A stretch of DNA of 63,874 nt from a virus. Made by a program: the position numbers and the translations under genes. The DNA is taken from IMG/VR virus record IMGVR_UViG_3300037510_000075; one strand, written 5' to 3'. This document shows, piece after piece, positions 54,039 to 63,050 of this stretch; position 1 is the stretch's first letter; every line of letters starts with the position of its first letter. The notes under the pieces were generated by a model that saw nothing but the letters and a program-made list of their open reading frames with translations, did not search any database and was not told the DNA's origin.

Positions 54039-55121
54039 CTACACTACTTGTACTATTGGTTTCTTCCTTTTGCGGACTACTCTCTTTTTTTTTGGTGCTG
54101 TATCAGACCAATCAATTTTATAAGCGACATCTCTCATCATTCTCAATCCATCCCATAGTTTATTTGACAGAGAAGGAATAGGACTGAGTAAGACATTTAG
54201 TTGATGGTCATCAAATATCTTAGAGAAGAAAAGCAATGGACCTAACTCACTGAACTCTTCTACGATATCGATAGGGTTTTTATAACCTTCTGCCTTTACT
54301 CGAATATTATTTAGTAGGTTTACCCATAGCATAATCAACTCAGGATCAATAGTACCCTTCAAGGCTCTGAACTCTAGAGAACCAAACTTGGGGATGGCAC
54401 TAATATTGCAGGCACTATAACGCATATCCTCTTTCCAATCAGAGAGAGTTTTATGTTCTAGTGCAAATTCTAACATACGAATGATATATTCAGAGTCTTT
54501 AGCTCGTAAACAAAATAAATTACCCGCTCTTTCGGGTGAGGCCCAATCAATCAGAACTTCTTCGAAGATCATATAGAGAAGAATAAAACAATAGAGTTGT
54601 CTAATAGTATACTGCTGGCAATTAAAGTGTACGTGCACAGAGCATCTATTAGACATGATTACTTCAGACTTATTATCTTGAAGCTTATAATACAGAAACT
54701 CTAAAGCTTTTCTGGTTTCTTCTATAGAAAGAGGTTGTCTCAAAACATACTCTACTGCAGGGTGTCCTTCTACTTCTCTTAGAGAACCATCTTGGTGACA
54801 ACTCCAATATTTAAATGTGCTTCCTAATAGATTCTTACCTTCTACCTCTACTTCTAATCCTATTAATCCTTCTTTAAGTCCATTTCTAAATGACACTATT
54901 TGTGCTAAAGGTGCATTATGGAAGAGTTCCATATATTTCTTTTCCTTTTTAGATGATTTTATTCCGGTTACATAACCACCATCACTAGTGGCGCCTATAT
55001 AAACCCATTGAGAAGGTGTGGAAGGAGGTATAGGATTAAGGATTGGTGGTAAAACACTATTAAGAATATTAGCTTGTACTATCTCTGTGAGATTTACATT
55101 ATAACTTAGTGGATCAGGCAA
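54039..55121 (-). CDS. amidoligase-like (glutamine-synthetase-fold carboxylate-amine ligase) protein
   Basis: 360 aa with the segments GLIGLEVEVEG, CHQDGSLREVEGHPAVEYVL and SVHVHFNC, which resemble the amidoligase family from memory. Confidence 0.5.
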   Translation of the reverse strand: MPDPLSYNVNLTEIVQANILNSVLPPILNPIPPSTPSQWVYIGATSDGGYVTGIKSSKKEKKYMELFHNAPLAQIVSFRNGLKEGLIGLEVEVEGKNLLGSTFKYWSCHQDGSLREVEGHPAVEYVLRQPLSIEETRKALEFLYYKLQDNKSEVIMSNRCSVHVHFNCQQYTIRQLYCFILLYMIFEEVLIDWASPERAGNLFCLRAKDSEYIIRMLEFALEHKTLSDWKEDMRYSACNISAIPKFGSLEFRALKGTIDPELIMLWVNLLNNIRVKAEGYKNPIDIVEEFSELGPLLFFSKIFDDHQLNVLLSPIPSLSNKLWDGLRMMRDVAYKIDWSDTAPKKKRVVRKRKKPIVQVV

Positions 55122-55746
55122 TTTTAAACCCCTGCATTTCGGTTAATTCTTCAGCTAAAAATTTCTTGTGCGGTGCGAGCTTCAAGAGCTTTCCATCTTC
55201 GGTATACCCTACTCTCTCATTTCGATAGATAAGATTAGGTGGGTTAACTTTATCAAATGCTAACATACATTTCCTGCTGATAGCCACACTTCTAACTTCA
55301 TCCGGTGAATTGAGTAAGTCTTTAATAGCAGTGGAAGCAGGTGTATATTTATTTTTTATGGTAGAGTTCAATGATTCCTGCTCTAAGATATGATCCCAAG
55401 AGTAACTATGTCTATCATTAAAGAATGAGAAGATACGAACAACCCTAGAATCAACACCTTGACGTGTAGTTCTGACTGGTGCTCTGCTCACAAACAAAGC
55501 TTCTCTAATTCCACGAGAACTATAATAATCCACATAACCTAGCTTAGAGCTAATAGATTTAAAATCTAATAGAGGGTCATCGATATCTACCCATTGTCTC
55601 TTGTTAGAACCAAAAGGAATCTTGCAGAACTCTAGAGTTACTTTACCATCTGATCCACCTACATTGCTTATGTAAACAGGATCACCATCGTAGAGAATTG
55701 TTGTACCACTAATCTTTTGTTCTGCTTCAGCTCTAGTAGTATACAT
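55114..55746 (-). CDS. hypothetical 210-aa protein (operon member)
   Basis: ORF that overlaps the downstream start by 8 nt. Confidence 0.45.
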   Translation of the reverse strand: MYTTRAEAEQKISGTTILYDGDPVYISNVGGSDGKVTLEFCKIPFGSNKRQWVDIDDPLLDFKSISSKLGYVDYYSSRGIREALFVSRAPVRTTRQGVDSRVVRIFSFFNDRHSYSWDHILEQESLNSTIKNKYTPASTAIKDLLNSPDEVRSVAISRKCMLAFDKVNPPNLIYRNERVGYTEDGKLLKLAPHKKFLAEELTEMQGFKIA

Positions 55747-55762
55747 CTTTTATTCCTATTGT

Positions 55763-56614
55763 CTATGCTGCTGTTTGTTGCATCCATTTAACAAACTCCT
55801 CTGGACGCCCTCCGAATTCTCCACAAATTTCTTTACCTTCTGTAGTATTATACCAATCTACAATACCTTCATCAATAACTCTTTGGGCAAAATTACCGTA
55901 CTTATCTTCCATCGAGTATGATTTAGTAGACAGATCATTAACTGCAGACGCAGTTCTGTTGAATACAAAAGCTTGTAGCTTCCTATTCTTCAGCCACTTA
56001 TTCGAGAGAGTTCTGTATTCGCACCCATAAGATTTATATCGCAATGCCCCTGCTTTACCATATAATGAACGTCTGCGTGGATCAGGGTCCCAGAATAAAG
56101 ACCATATACCCAAGTAATAGTCTAATTGCTTAGCTACTAAATGACAATCCTCTCTATGAGACTCACATCCTGTATTTGCATCATCTCTCCAACCTACGTG
56201 AATATGACCTGAAGCTGTTCTAAACGGCATGTCTGCATCTGGAGTTACATTAACTTGTCCAGTCCAAGCATTATAATCTGGATTACACCCTAGCTCTTTT
56301 ACTTCTACGGGTAGAGACTTGAAATAATCTAGATCAAATGAAGAGACAGGCTCCATAACTAATTCATAGTCAGGTACAAGACTCTTCAGTGTATTAATAA
56401 CATTAGTAATGTTATCTACAAATTGTGGGTAATCACCAGCCGGATCAATATTAAACTCAGCGGCGGTACCATCTACTTGAATAGCCCCGTTGGCCACCTT
56501 AAAAGGTTTTAGTTTAGTGCCCGGTAAGAGTGTATGAGCACTCACCATCTTACCTGTGATCTTATGCTTGAGGAATAATTCAGGATCAGCACCAACAAGA
56601 ATCTTACTAACCAT
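55763..56614 (-). CDS. phiEco32-type COOH-NH2 ligase-like protein
   Basis: 283 aa. The N-terminus ILVGADPELFLKH and the segments ASGHIHVGW and GCEYRTLSN match my recollection of this phage ligase family. Confidence 0.55.
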   Translation of the reverse strand: MVSKILVGADPELFLKHKITGKMVSAHTLLPGTKLKPFKVANGAIQVDGTAAEFNIDPAGDYPQFVDNITNVINTLKSLVPDYELVMEPVSSFDLDYFKSLPVEVKELGCNPDYNAWTGQVNVTPDADMPFRTASGHIHVGWRDDANTGCESHREDCHLVAKQLDYYLGIWSLFWDPDPRRRSLYGKAGALRYKSYGCEYRTLSNKWLKNRKLQAFVFNRTASAVNDLSTKSYSMEDKYGNFAQRVIDEGIVDWYNTTEGKEICGEFGGRPEEFVKWMQQTAA

Positions 56615-56783
56615 CGCATTGCTCCATCGTTCTAAGAAATTCTAAGATAAGTTCTGCATCATCTCTGTAAGAATCTTTAAACCACTCTACTTCTTTATCC
56701 CACATAAATTGATTGTAATCACAATGAATTTCATCGTGTAGAAATTCAGCTAACTTTTCTACTACTGAGTCTATTTTTGTCAT
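56607..56783 (-). CDS. 58-aa micro-protein (operon member)
   Basis: The ATG at 56783 forms an ATGA overlap with the class-II GATase stop. The product is MTKIDSVVEKLAEFLHDEIHCDYNQFMWDKE... Confidence 0.4.
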   Translation of the reverse strand: MTKIDSVVEKLAEFLHDEIHCDYNQFMWDKEVEWFKDSYRDDAELILEFLRTMEQCDG

Positions 56784-58288
56784 GCAGCTTTCTTTCCTAA
56801 CTTCTCTATTTGATCTGGTAATTGTGGGGTTAATGCACACCACTCACAAAAGAACTCATGCTGAGGTGTGACGAATCTAACTTCATTACCCCATTCTGGT
56901 GTTCTTCCGCACTGGATACAACCGCTAGACATTAGCTCTTCAAAGTATTGTTTATCCAGTAGCTTTCCATTATAGCCTTTATAGTAAACACGCTTCTTAT
57001 TCTTCTTACCTTTATGTTTGAAATGATGTCTAGCATTTATATCTAAAGGTTTAAAAGGTAAGTCAGCCGGAGGAATAGCTACATCCTTCCATAAGTCCCA
57101 CTTATTATCTATCGAGTTGTAAGCAAGATAACTCCACTTACCAGTAGTAGAATCACGCCATACTTTGATATTAGCATTTTCATATATCTTAAATAACGGA
57201 GGTTCTTCTTGAAGACACAATCCAGCTTTGACTGCTTCTTCTAAAGCTCTCTTACGTATAATATCAAAAGCAGTAAGAGCCTTATTTTGAGGCACGTGAT
57301 TATTTATCTTACTAAGATTATCACTGACTCTCTTTAAAATATCCACATTGGAAGTAATATTAGTAGTTTTCTTTGGGATATAACCTACATATAATCCACC
57401 ATATTCCATTTCATCCGTGTCTTTATTTACTGGCTCATATACTGTAATATCCTTCCCAATATTCGCTTTCTGAAAGTTCGTATCTTCCTTTTTTTTATTG
57501 TCACCTTTAGTCCAATAAGAGTTACTATGATAATAGACTGTTGTTTTTCTACCTACTAGTTTAGTTCTGGTAGGTGGTTTAATGATCTCATCGGCCTTAA
57601 GAGGAATATCCCAAGTGTGTAATGTATCTACAGGTAAGTCTATAAACTTATCATCTACAGGCTTAAGGCCTTCTCTGTGAATAGCTGCAGCCAACATTCC
57701 ATATTCAGAAGACCAAGCAATAGTCTTGCCATCATTTACATAACAATACACTAAAGTTCTATGCTCATTACGTATTAGATTTAAAGTGTTCGTATTGTTG
57801 TCGAACCAAGTTAAAGCATAAGCTTCTGTGTCATCTATACGAGAGATAGTATCTTCGATACCGCGGACTTGAATAGTGTTAAAGATAGCTTCAGAGTCAG
57901 TAGAGAAACTAGAACCAGATTCTAATCTATTCTTATTTTGGAAATCTAATGTACCATTGTGAGCACCCATAATATTAGGGAACAGAAATGGGTGAGCATT
58001 TTTTCTGTTGTTCTCGCCAACAGTCTTGCTTCTATTATGACCTATGTAACATAGATTGACACCAGCAAAAACCTGATTATATCTCTTAGTATCTTCTAAG
58101 AAATAGAATGGTCCTGTTTCTTTAGCAATCTGCATCTTAAGATTGCCATCTTCATCGTGATTACTACGGGAAACAGAACCTACTCCAGTCGCATCCGTAC
58201 CTCTTAGTTGATTGAAGATGAGTAGTGTCTTAACTACTTTCTCTTCCTTTAGGGATACTGAACCGGCAACACCGCTTAATCCACACAT
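56780..58288 (-). CDS. class II (Ntn) glutamine amidotransferase-like protein with C-terminal Cys4 ribbon
   Basis: 502 aa. It starts MCGLSGVAG, giving a catalytic Cys after Met removal. The C-terminus is CIQCGRT...FFCEWC. Confidence 0.65.
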   Translation of the reverse strand: MCGLSGVAGSVSLKEEKVVKTLLIFNQLRGTDATGVGSVSRSNHDEDGNLKMQIAKETGPFYFLEDTKRYNQVFAGVNLCYIGHNRSKTVGENNRKNAHPFLFPNIMGAHNGTLDFQNKNRLESGSSFSTDSEAIFNTIQVRGIEDTISRIDDTEAYALTWFDNNTNTLNLIRNEHRTLVYCYVNDGKTIAWSSEYGMLAAAIHREGLKPVDDKFIDLPVDTLHTWDIPLKADEIIKPPTRTKLVGRKTTVYYHSNSYWTKGDNKKKEDTNFQKANIGKDITVYEPVNKDTDEMEYGGLYVGYIPKKTTNITSNVDILKRVSDNLSKINNHVPQNKALTAFDIIRKRALEEAVKAGLCLQEEPPLFKIYENANIKVWRDSTTGKWSYLAYNSIDNKWDLWKDVAIPPADLPFKPLDINARHHFKHKGKKNKKRVYYKGYNGKLLDKQYFEELMSSGCIQCGRTPEWGNEVRFVTPQHEFFCEWCALTPQLPDQIEKLGKKAA

Positions 58289-58291
58289 CAG

Positions 58292-58471
58292 TTATTTACT
58301 TTCCTTTAGAAGTTTAGGTGAATCTAAACTAGTTAATACAACAGTATAAGAAGAATAGAGAGAAATGATATCAGCTTCTTTATCTGTTAAATACAATACA
58401 GGTCCTTTTGAAATTGGATTACCTTTTGAAGTGTGTCCAATAAACTGATAGGGCTTTCTCTTTTCTCTCAT
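58292..58471 (-). CDS. 59-aa micro-protein (operon member)
   Basis: The ATG at 58471 lies 1 nt after the upstream stop. The stop lies 3 nt before the class-II GATase ATG. It is just below the ORF-track threshold. Confidence 0.4.
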   Translation of the reverse strand: MREKRKPYQFIGHTSKGNPISKGPVLYLTDKEADIISLYSSYTVVLTSLDSPKLLKESK

Positions 58472-58472
58472 G

Positions 58473-59135
58473 TTACTTACTCCAATAGTATTTATCCATT
58501 AGCTCATGGAAATACTTGGTTGTGGGAGGATGACCGAACTCAGGATGAAACTGTACTAGTAAGCTATCCGTCTTAGGATACCACAGAGCTTCTACATCTC
58601 TGTCTGCTTCTTCTATATGATCGCCTACTCTGGTGTGTGGTCTGTTCCACAGATCGTGTTGAGCTTCTTTACGAGTACACTCATATGCCCAACACAATAA
58701 CTCAGCCTCTGAAGTAGGGCGCATCATCTGATGGTGAACAGAGTTTATGACCACCCAACTACCAGAAACACAATCAAAGGCTCTGTGGTTTCTGCCATCA
58801 TGGTTATCTACATCTTGCCAGAGCTTACCACCGTTGACTACTACGTTGAGAAGTTGAGCACCTCTGCAGATACCTACCAGAAACTTAGAATGGGCTACCG
58901 CATCCTTTACAGCTTCTATATCTGAAATATCTCTGTCAGAGAAATAGGTGCTATTTAAGGGTGTCTCATCATATAGTCTTGGATTGATATCTTCTCCACC
59001 AGTCCATACGACTATATCTGCATCCTTGAGCTTAGGTGCAAGCTTGTATCGACCTGTGCTCAGGAACACTTCTGAGGTAATACCATTGTAAGGTTTACCC
59101 ACTACAAAGATATTAGCTCTACTGAATAATGCCAT
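58473..59135 (-). CDS. class I glutamine amidotransferase / peptidase C26 (gamma-glutamyl hydrolase-like)
   Basis: 220 aa with the nucleophile elbow GICRGAQLLNVV and the His/Glu motif VQFHPEF. Confidence 0.72.
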   Translation of the reverse strand: MALFSRANIFVVGKPYNGITSEVFLSTGRYKLAPKLKDADIVVWTGGEDINPRLYDETPLNSTYFSDRDISDIEAVKDAVAHSKFLVGICRGAQLLNVVVNGGKLWQDVDNHDGRNHRAFDCVSGSWVVINSVHHQMMRPTSEAELLCWAYECTRKEAQHDLWNRPHTRVGDHIEEADRDVEALWYPKTDSLLVQFHPEFGHPPTTKYFHELMDKYYWSK

Positions 59136-60072
59136 CTTTAATTAGCCTCTTCTGTTCTTCTTTCATAATAGCGATAACTGCTTCGGGTGTGAATATCTGA
59201 ACCTCAGCTTGTTTCGCCTTACCGAATTGAGATTGTGTGGTCGTTAAATCTCTTTCAGTATAGTCTTTATACGTATCTAATAGCTTGGTCAGATAATCAT
59301 TTCTGTGGATTCCAATAGTGTTACTTTGACCCCATAGAGTATTGATAGGTTTAGTATGTTGATTAGCAAAATAAGAGAGCTTAGAAGGATTTACTGGTGT
59401 GCCTCTGAGGAAGTTATGAAAGTATTCTTCGTTAGAAGTACCTACATCTAGAGGCCAATCATATTTATTTGCATAGGTTATTCTTGAATATCTACCTCTA
59501 GGGCCTAACCAACAGAGCGAATCTTTTATATCTTGACTACAAACTTTGAATACATCCAAGAAATAGAAAGCTAAGTCTGGGTTGATATTCTCTACGGTAA
59601 CACTGTGAAACCATGCATTTATGAAGTCCGGCCATTCTGCAGCTAATCGAGAAGCAATCAGAAAGTTGTGTAGATAGTTACCGGGTATCTGATCTAAATT
59701 AGTAAAGATAAATGCATTATCAAAGATAAACTCTTCGGTGCATTCATTGTTGAACCAAGAGTTATTACGCACCCAAGGGGACTTATGTAGAAGCCAGTGC
59801 AGATAATAAGCAGCTACTTCTTCACTAGTCCTATAACCAAATGCACTCCACAGAACCTTAGGGCGATCAAACCCGGTGATAGGATGATGACAAGGATATG
59901 TTCTATAATCTGAATATCCTGTAGTAGATATATAACCTACTAATACATTATCTGCACCAGTACCAACACTAGTAAGATCACCACTAGGATTCCAATTAGG
60001 AGTATTTTCTTTTGCTTGTAAATAATGTTCGTAACCTCTTTGTAAATCTTTATCTTTAAACTTTATGGTCAT
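59119..60072 (-). CDS. hypothetical 317-aa protein (operon member)
   Basis: ORF. ATGA overlap with the upstream gene (60069-60072) and a 17-nt overlap with the downstream gene. Confidence 0.5.
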   Translation of the reverse strand: MTIKFKDKDLQRGYEHYLQAKENTPNWNPSGDLTSVGTGADNVLVGYISTTGYSDYRTYPCHHPITGFDRPKVLWSAFGYRTSEEVAAYYLHWLLHKSPWVRNNSWFNNECTEEFIFDNAFIFTNLDQIPGNYLHNFLIASRLAAEWPDFINAWFHSVTVENINPDLAFYFLDVFKVCSQDIKDSLCWLGPRGRYSRITYANKYDWPLDVGTSNEEYFHNFLRGTPVNPSKLSYFANQHTKPINTLWGQSNTIGIHRNDYLTKLLDTYKDYTERDLTTTQSQFGKAKQAEVQIFTPEAVIAIMKEEQKRLIKDGIIQ

Positions 60073-60554
60073 CTAAAGAACCTCTTCTTAGATTTCTTAT
60101 TACGTGGGGTTAAAGGATCATACATATACACATATAATCTGTTACCTGAATTAGAGTTAACAGTTCTAGAACTAACCAATCTAAAACCCAACTCTCGTAA
60201 GCACGGTGCAATCCAAAGCTGATCATTTATCAGAGTAGCAATAGTGATATGCCCTTTAGAAGGTACATCAGAATTGAATTTATCTTTTAAATAATCAAAG
60301 TAGATTCTCTTTATAGTTTGTTGAGATATCTTATTATACTTTAGTTCTCTTGAATCACAGAAATATTTATAAGATTCATTAACTTTATGATAAAGTACTG
60401 CTAAATTTTCCTCTAAAAATCTACCCCATTCACTCATACCACAACAATATGTTAATTCACTTGGTACTAAGTGATTTTTAAAGATTAGATTTTTCCCAAG
60501 TAAAAAACTTACAATGTCATAATTTTTCCCGATATCATATTTATCTTTAGTCAC
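60069..60554 (-). CDS. hypothetical 161-aa protein (first gene of the operon)
   Basis: GTG start with an AGAGGAAAG SD. It is preceded by a structured leader. Confidence 0.5.
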   Translation of the reverse strand: MTKDKYDIGKNYDIVSFLLGKNLIFKNHLVPSELTYCCGMSEWGRFLEENLAVLYHKVNESYKYFCDSRELKYNKISQQTIKRIYFDYLKDKFNSDVPSKGHITIATLINDQLWIAPCLRELGFRLVSSRTVNSNSGNRLYVYMYDPLTPRNKKSKKRFFR

Positions 60555-60733
60555 AATACTTTCCTCTTCTAAGTAAAGTTAATTGGTGGTACTAACCCCA
60601 ACCGACGAAACCTTTAAGAACCTCTGGTTAGTACCTTTGCTCGTCAGGGTTTGATAGGTATTTTTACGAGCCCCTCTTGTGCCACTCACACAGGAATCCC
60701 ACCTGTTAGTTCGGGTTGTTAACCCTTGAGTGA
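60555..60733 (-). ncRNA. structured 179-nt intergenic leader / candidate cis-regulatory RNA
   Basis: Minus-sense helices are CACUCA/UGAGUG enclosing GGGUU-AAC-AACCC and ACAGG-UGGGAUU-CCUGU, then GCUCGU/ACGAGC, then the 10-bp GGUACUAACC/GGUUAGUACC. The alternative pairing GACGA/UCGUC competes with the second helix. Confidence 0.4.
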
Positions 60734-61090
60734 CTAATCAATCTCGACTTCTTGGGTAAATGCTTTTAAAATAGTACAGCCATACCAGCAACCACACCAA
60801 AGTGAATTAACCTCAATATCCTTTTTCATTTCTTTTTTATCTATGTATGAAGCTACCTTTAAATCACCTTGTTGGCTTTTAAATATAATAATATTAATCG
60901 TTACTGTCTTAGGTTTAGGCACCAATCTATCTGCAGTAAACATAGAAGTGATCAGAGTCGATACACCAAGCCTGACACACAGATATGAATCTCCGTACTT
61001 ATATACGGGTCTCCATAGACCAGCACCATCGGATGGAGTTACTCTGTAATCTTCACCTAGTTTAATCTCTTTATCTTTCTTCTTAGCCAT
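60734..61090 (-). CDS. hypothetical 118-aa protein
   Basis: ORF 60734..61105 begins with TTG. The ATG at 61090 (MAKKKDKE) with a GGAG SD is the more likely start. Confidence 0.45.
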   Translation of the reverse strand: MAKKKDKEIKLGEDYRVTPSDGAGLWRPVYKYGDSYLCVRLGVSTLITSMFTADRLVPKPKTVTINIIIFKSQQGDLKVASYIDKKEMKKDIEVNSLWCGCWYGCTILKAFTQEVEID

Positions 61091-61095
61091 ATGCT

Positions 61096-61563
61096 TTATC
61101 TCCAAGTCGGTGGACCATCTATAGTCCAGTTAGGTGGATATACATCAGAGTTCCATTTGTCTCTGAGTGTTTGCTTATATGCTTCTATGATAGGCAAGCT
61201 TTTATAGGGTGTACAATTAGGGTGCGGTGTTCTAGTAGAGTGATAATCATAGGAGAAGATAGAATAACTGATGAATCCACGGATAATAGGCTCACTCTTA
61301 TGTTCTCTGCCGTATCTACGAGTATAAGTCTCGGCTAATTCAACACCGTGTATTTTAAGCCAAGAGAAGTTAGCTAGAGATTGACCCGCCCATAGAACAC
61401 AAGGATGGTTCATATGAGTGGGCTTATAGGGTGTATCACACCCTAGTTTATGAGTTATAGTAGATAGTATTTGTGCAGTTTCTAGAACCATCTTTACTAA
61501 ACGCTTATCATCTAAAGCAACTGCACAAGCTTTAGGGTCGTCTGAAGTATAGAAGATGTTCAT
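61096..61563 (-). CDS. conserved phage protein (MNIFY..DDP....A..LDDKRLVKM..E.AQ family), function uncertain
   Basis: 155 aa. I recognise the N-terminal signature as a family widespread in phages and large DNA viruses, sometimes annotated as DNA glycosylase-like. This is unverified. Confidence 0.4.
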   Translation of the reverse strand: MNIFYTSDDPKACAVALDDKRLVKMVLETAQILSTITHKLGCDTPYKPTHMNHPCVLWAGQSLANFSWLKIHGVELAETYTRRYGREHKSEPIIRGFISYSIFSYDYHSTRTPHPNCTPYKSLPIIEAYKQTLRDKWNSDVYPPNWTIDGPPTWR

Positions 61564-61772
61564 TCAAGGCCCTTCTTACGTTCTACTAACATAATATCAG
61601 CAATAGAATAGGCTTTACTGGCAGCGGATGGCGGACTGATGGATAGATTGGAAGTTATTAACCCTATTAAAACTTGACTAGCAAACCAATCACGGAGAGA
61701 CATACCAGAATATGAATCACTATATTCATCCTGAAAGGGAAACGCAGGACCACCATCCTTTTTTATAACCAT
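61560..61772 (-). CDS. hypothetical 70-aa protein
   Basis: ORF that overlaps the downstream start (ATGA). Confidence 0.4.
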   Translation of the reverse strand: MVIKKDGGPAFPFQDEYSDSYSGMSLRDWFASQVLIGLITSNLSISPPSAASKAYSIADIMLVERKKGLE

Positions 61773-61808
61773 GATGTTTAAATCCTTTTGATTGACTCAC
61801 AAAAAGAA

Positions 61809-62168
61809 CTATGACTGATGCTTTACATATTCTACTTCAGAGATGTGGAGAACCTTACACGTATTCATGTATAGTTTAACACCATCACATTCAGAGATGT
61901 ATTTATTTTTCTGTTCTTGGTTTACCGTATATGTCCATACTTCTCCTGGTATAGAACGACTAGTACACCAAACTACATATCTCTTATGTACTACAGGTTC
62001 TTTGTATTCTTTATCTATTTGATCTAGGTGAACCCAACGCGCTAAGTAGTCTTGTGCTACCATTAAATATGTAGATGATTGATTTTTAGATATAACACGG
62101 TGAACACATAGATAAGTAGTAATAGGGTCATTCTTTAGAAGATACTTTTTACCTACTTCAATATTCAT
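61809..62168 (-). CDS. hypothetical 119-aa early protein
   Basis: ORF only. Confidence 0.45.
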   Translation of the reverse strand: MNIEVGKKYLLKNDPITTYLCVHRVISKNQSSTYLMVAQDYLARWVHLDQIDKEYKEPVVHKRYVVWCTSRSIPGEVWTYTVNQEQKNKYISECDGVKLYMNTCKVLHISEVEYVKHQS

Positions 62169-62374
62169 TGTTGTGATTCCTCTAGGTTAGAAAGACAGTC
62201 TTACTACGGCTAAGATAGCGGTCAGCATCAACACTGAACATACTAAAGCAAAGACTCTAGCACCGTAAACCAGAGCCTTATCGAAGTTAATGTTTTCCAT
62301 TGTAGTTATTCCTTAACTATAAAACATACAAATATAAATCCCATTATCATTCCTGTAATAAACCCTGTTAACAT

Positions 62375-62701
62375 CTAAATAGATTCCTTTATTAAATGTC
62401 CCCACATAGAAGGTCCTCCGTGATCTAGTTTGTGAGTCTTAACAGGTTCTTCTGCTATGATTACAGGCACTGAAGGGACTTCTATGGGTGCAGACTTATC
62501 TTTCTTAAAGGCTAGAGCTTCTACTATCCTCCAACCTTGAGTGAATAGATTTAGTGGCATCTCTGTTACCTCTTTCTCTCCGTGACAATAGACTATGACT
62601 GCATACTTATCTTGATTAGCATTGAGTATGACTTCACAATGAGAGACAGACTTCTTACATTGGTCACACTTAACTTCTATGGATTGAGAAAGACTAATCA
62701 T
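62375..62701 (-). CDS. hypothetical 108-aa early protein (CxxC...C..H)
   Basis: ORF containing CDQCKKSVSHC and YCHG, a possible zinc site. Confidence 0.4.
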   Translation of the reverse strand: MISLSQSIEVKCDQCKKSVSHCEVILNANQDKYAVIVYCHGEKEVTEMPLNLFTQGWRIVEALAFKKDKSAPIEVPSVPVIIAEEPVKTHKLDHGGPSMWGHLIKESI

Positions 62702-63050
62702 TATCTGGTATCTCTAGTTCTACTTCTTGAACCCCTAAGATTTTACGGCCTTGTTCGACAAAGACTTTGAGTATGGATTCTAAGTTAGAATTATTCTCTT
62801 TTTTATCTATGATATGATTACATATTACAGTACCATTACGGTATATAAAATGTATGCTCCAGAATTTCTGTGTCTTAGGTATCTTAGAGTAGTTGTCTAA
62901 CCATCCAATAAATCCATTAGTGTCAGGTTTATCTACTTCTTTAAGCCAACCCCAATTACCATTAATATGTATAATCTTATATTTATAGAGGCCATTAAAA
63001 GGTTTATGCCTGCAAAGATCACCAACTTTTAACTGTATTTTAATAGTCAT
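62694..63050 (-). CDS. hypothetical 118-aa early protein
   Basis: ORF 62694..63110. The ATG at 63050 forms an ATGA overlap with the deaminase stop. Confidence 0.45.
   Translation of the reverse strand: MTIKIQLKVGDLCRHKPFNGLYKYKIIHINGNWGWLKEVDKPDTNGFIGWLDNYSKIPKTQKFWSIHFIYRNGTVICNHIIDKKENNSNLESILKVFVEQGRKILGVQEVELEIPDND

Noticed and set aside
60555-60733. Possible hammerhead ribozyme (CUGACGAG and CGAAAC core-like strings).
   Set aside because: The two core elements are on opposite strands (CUGACGAG on the minus sense, CGAAAC on the plus sense), so no single RNA carries both.
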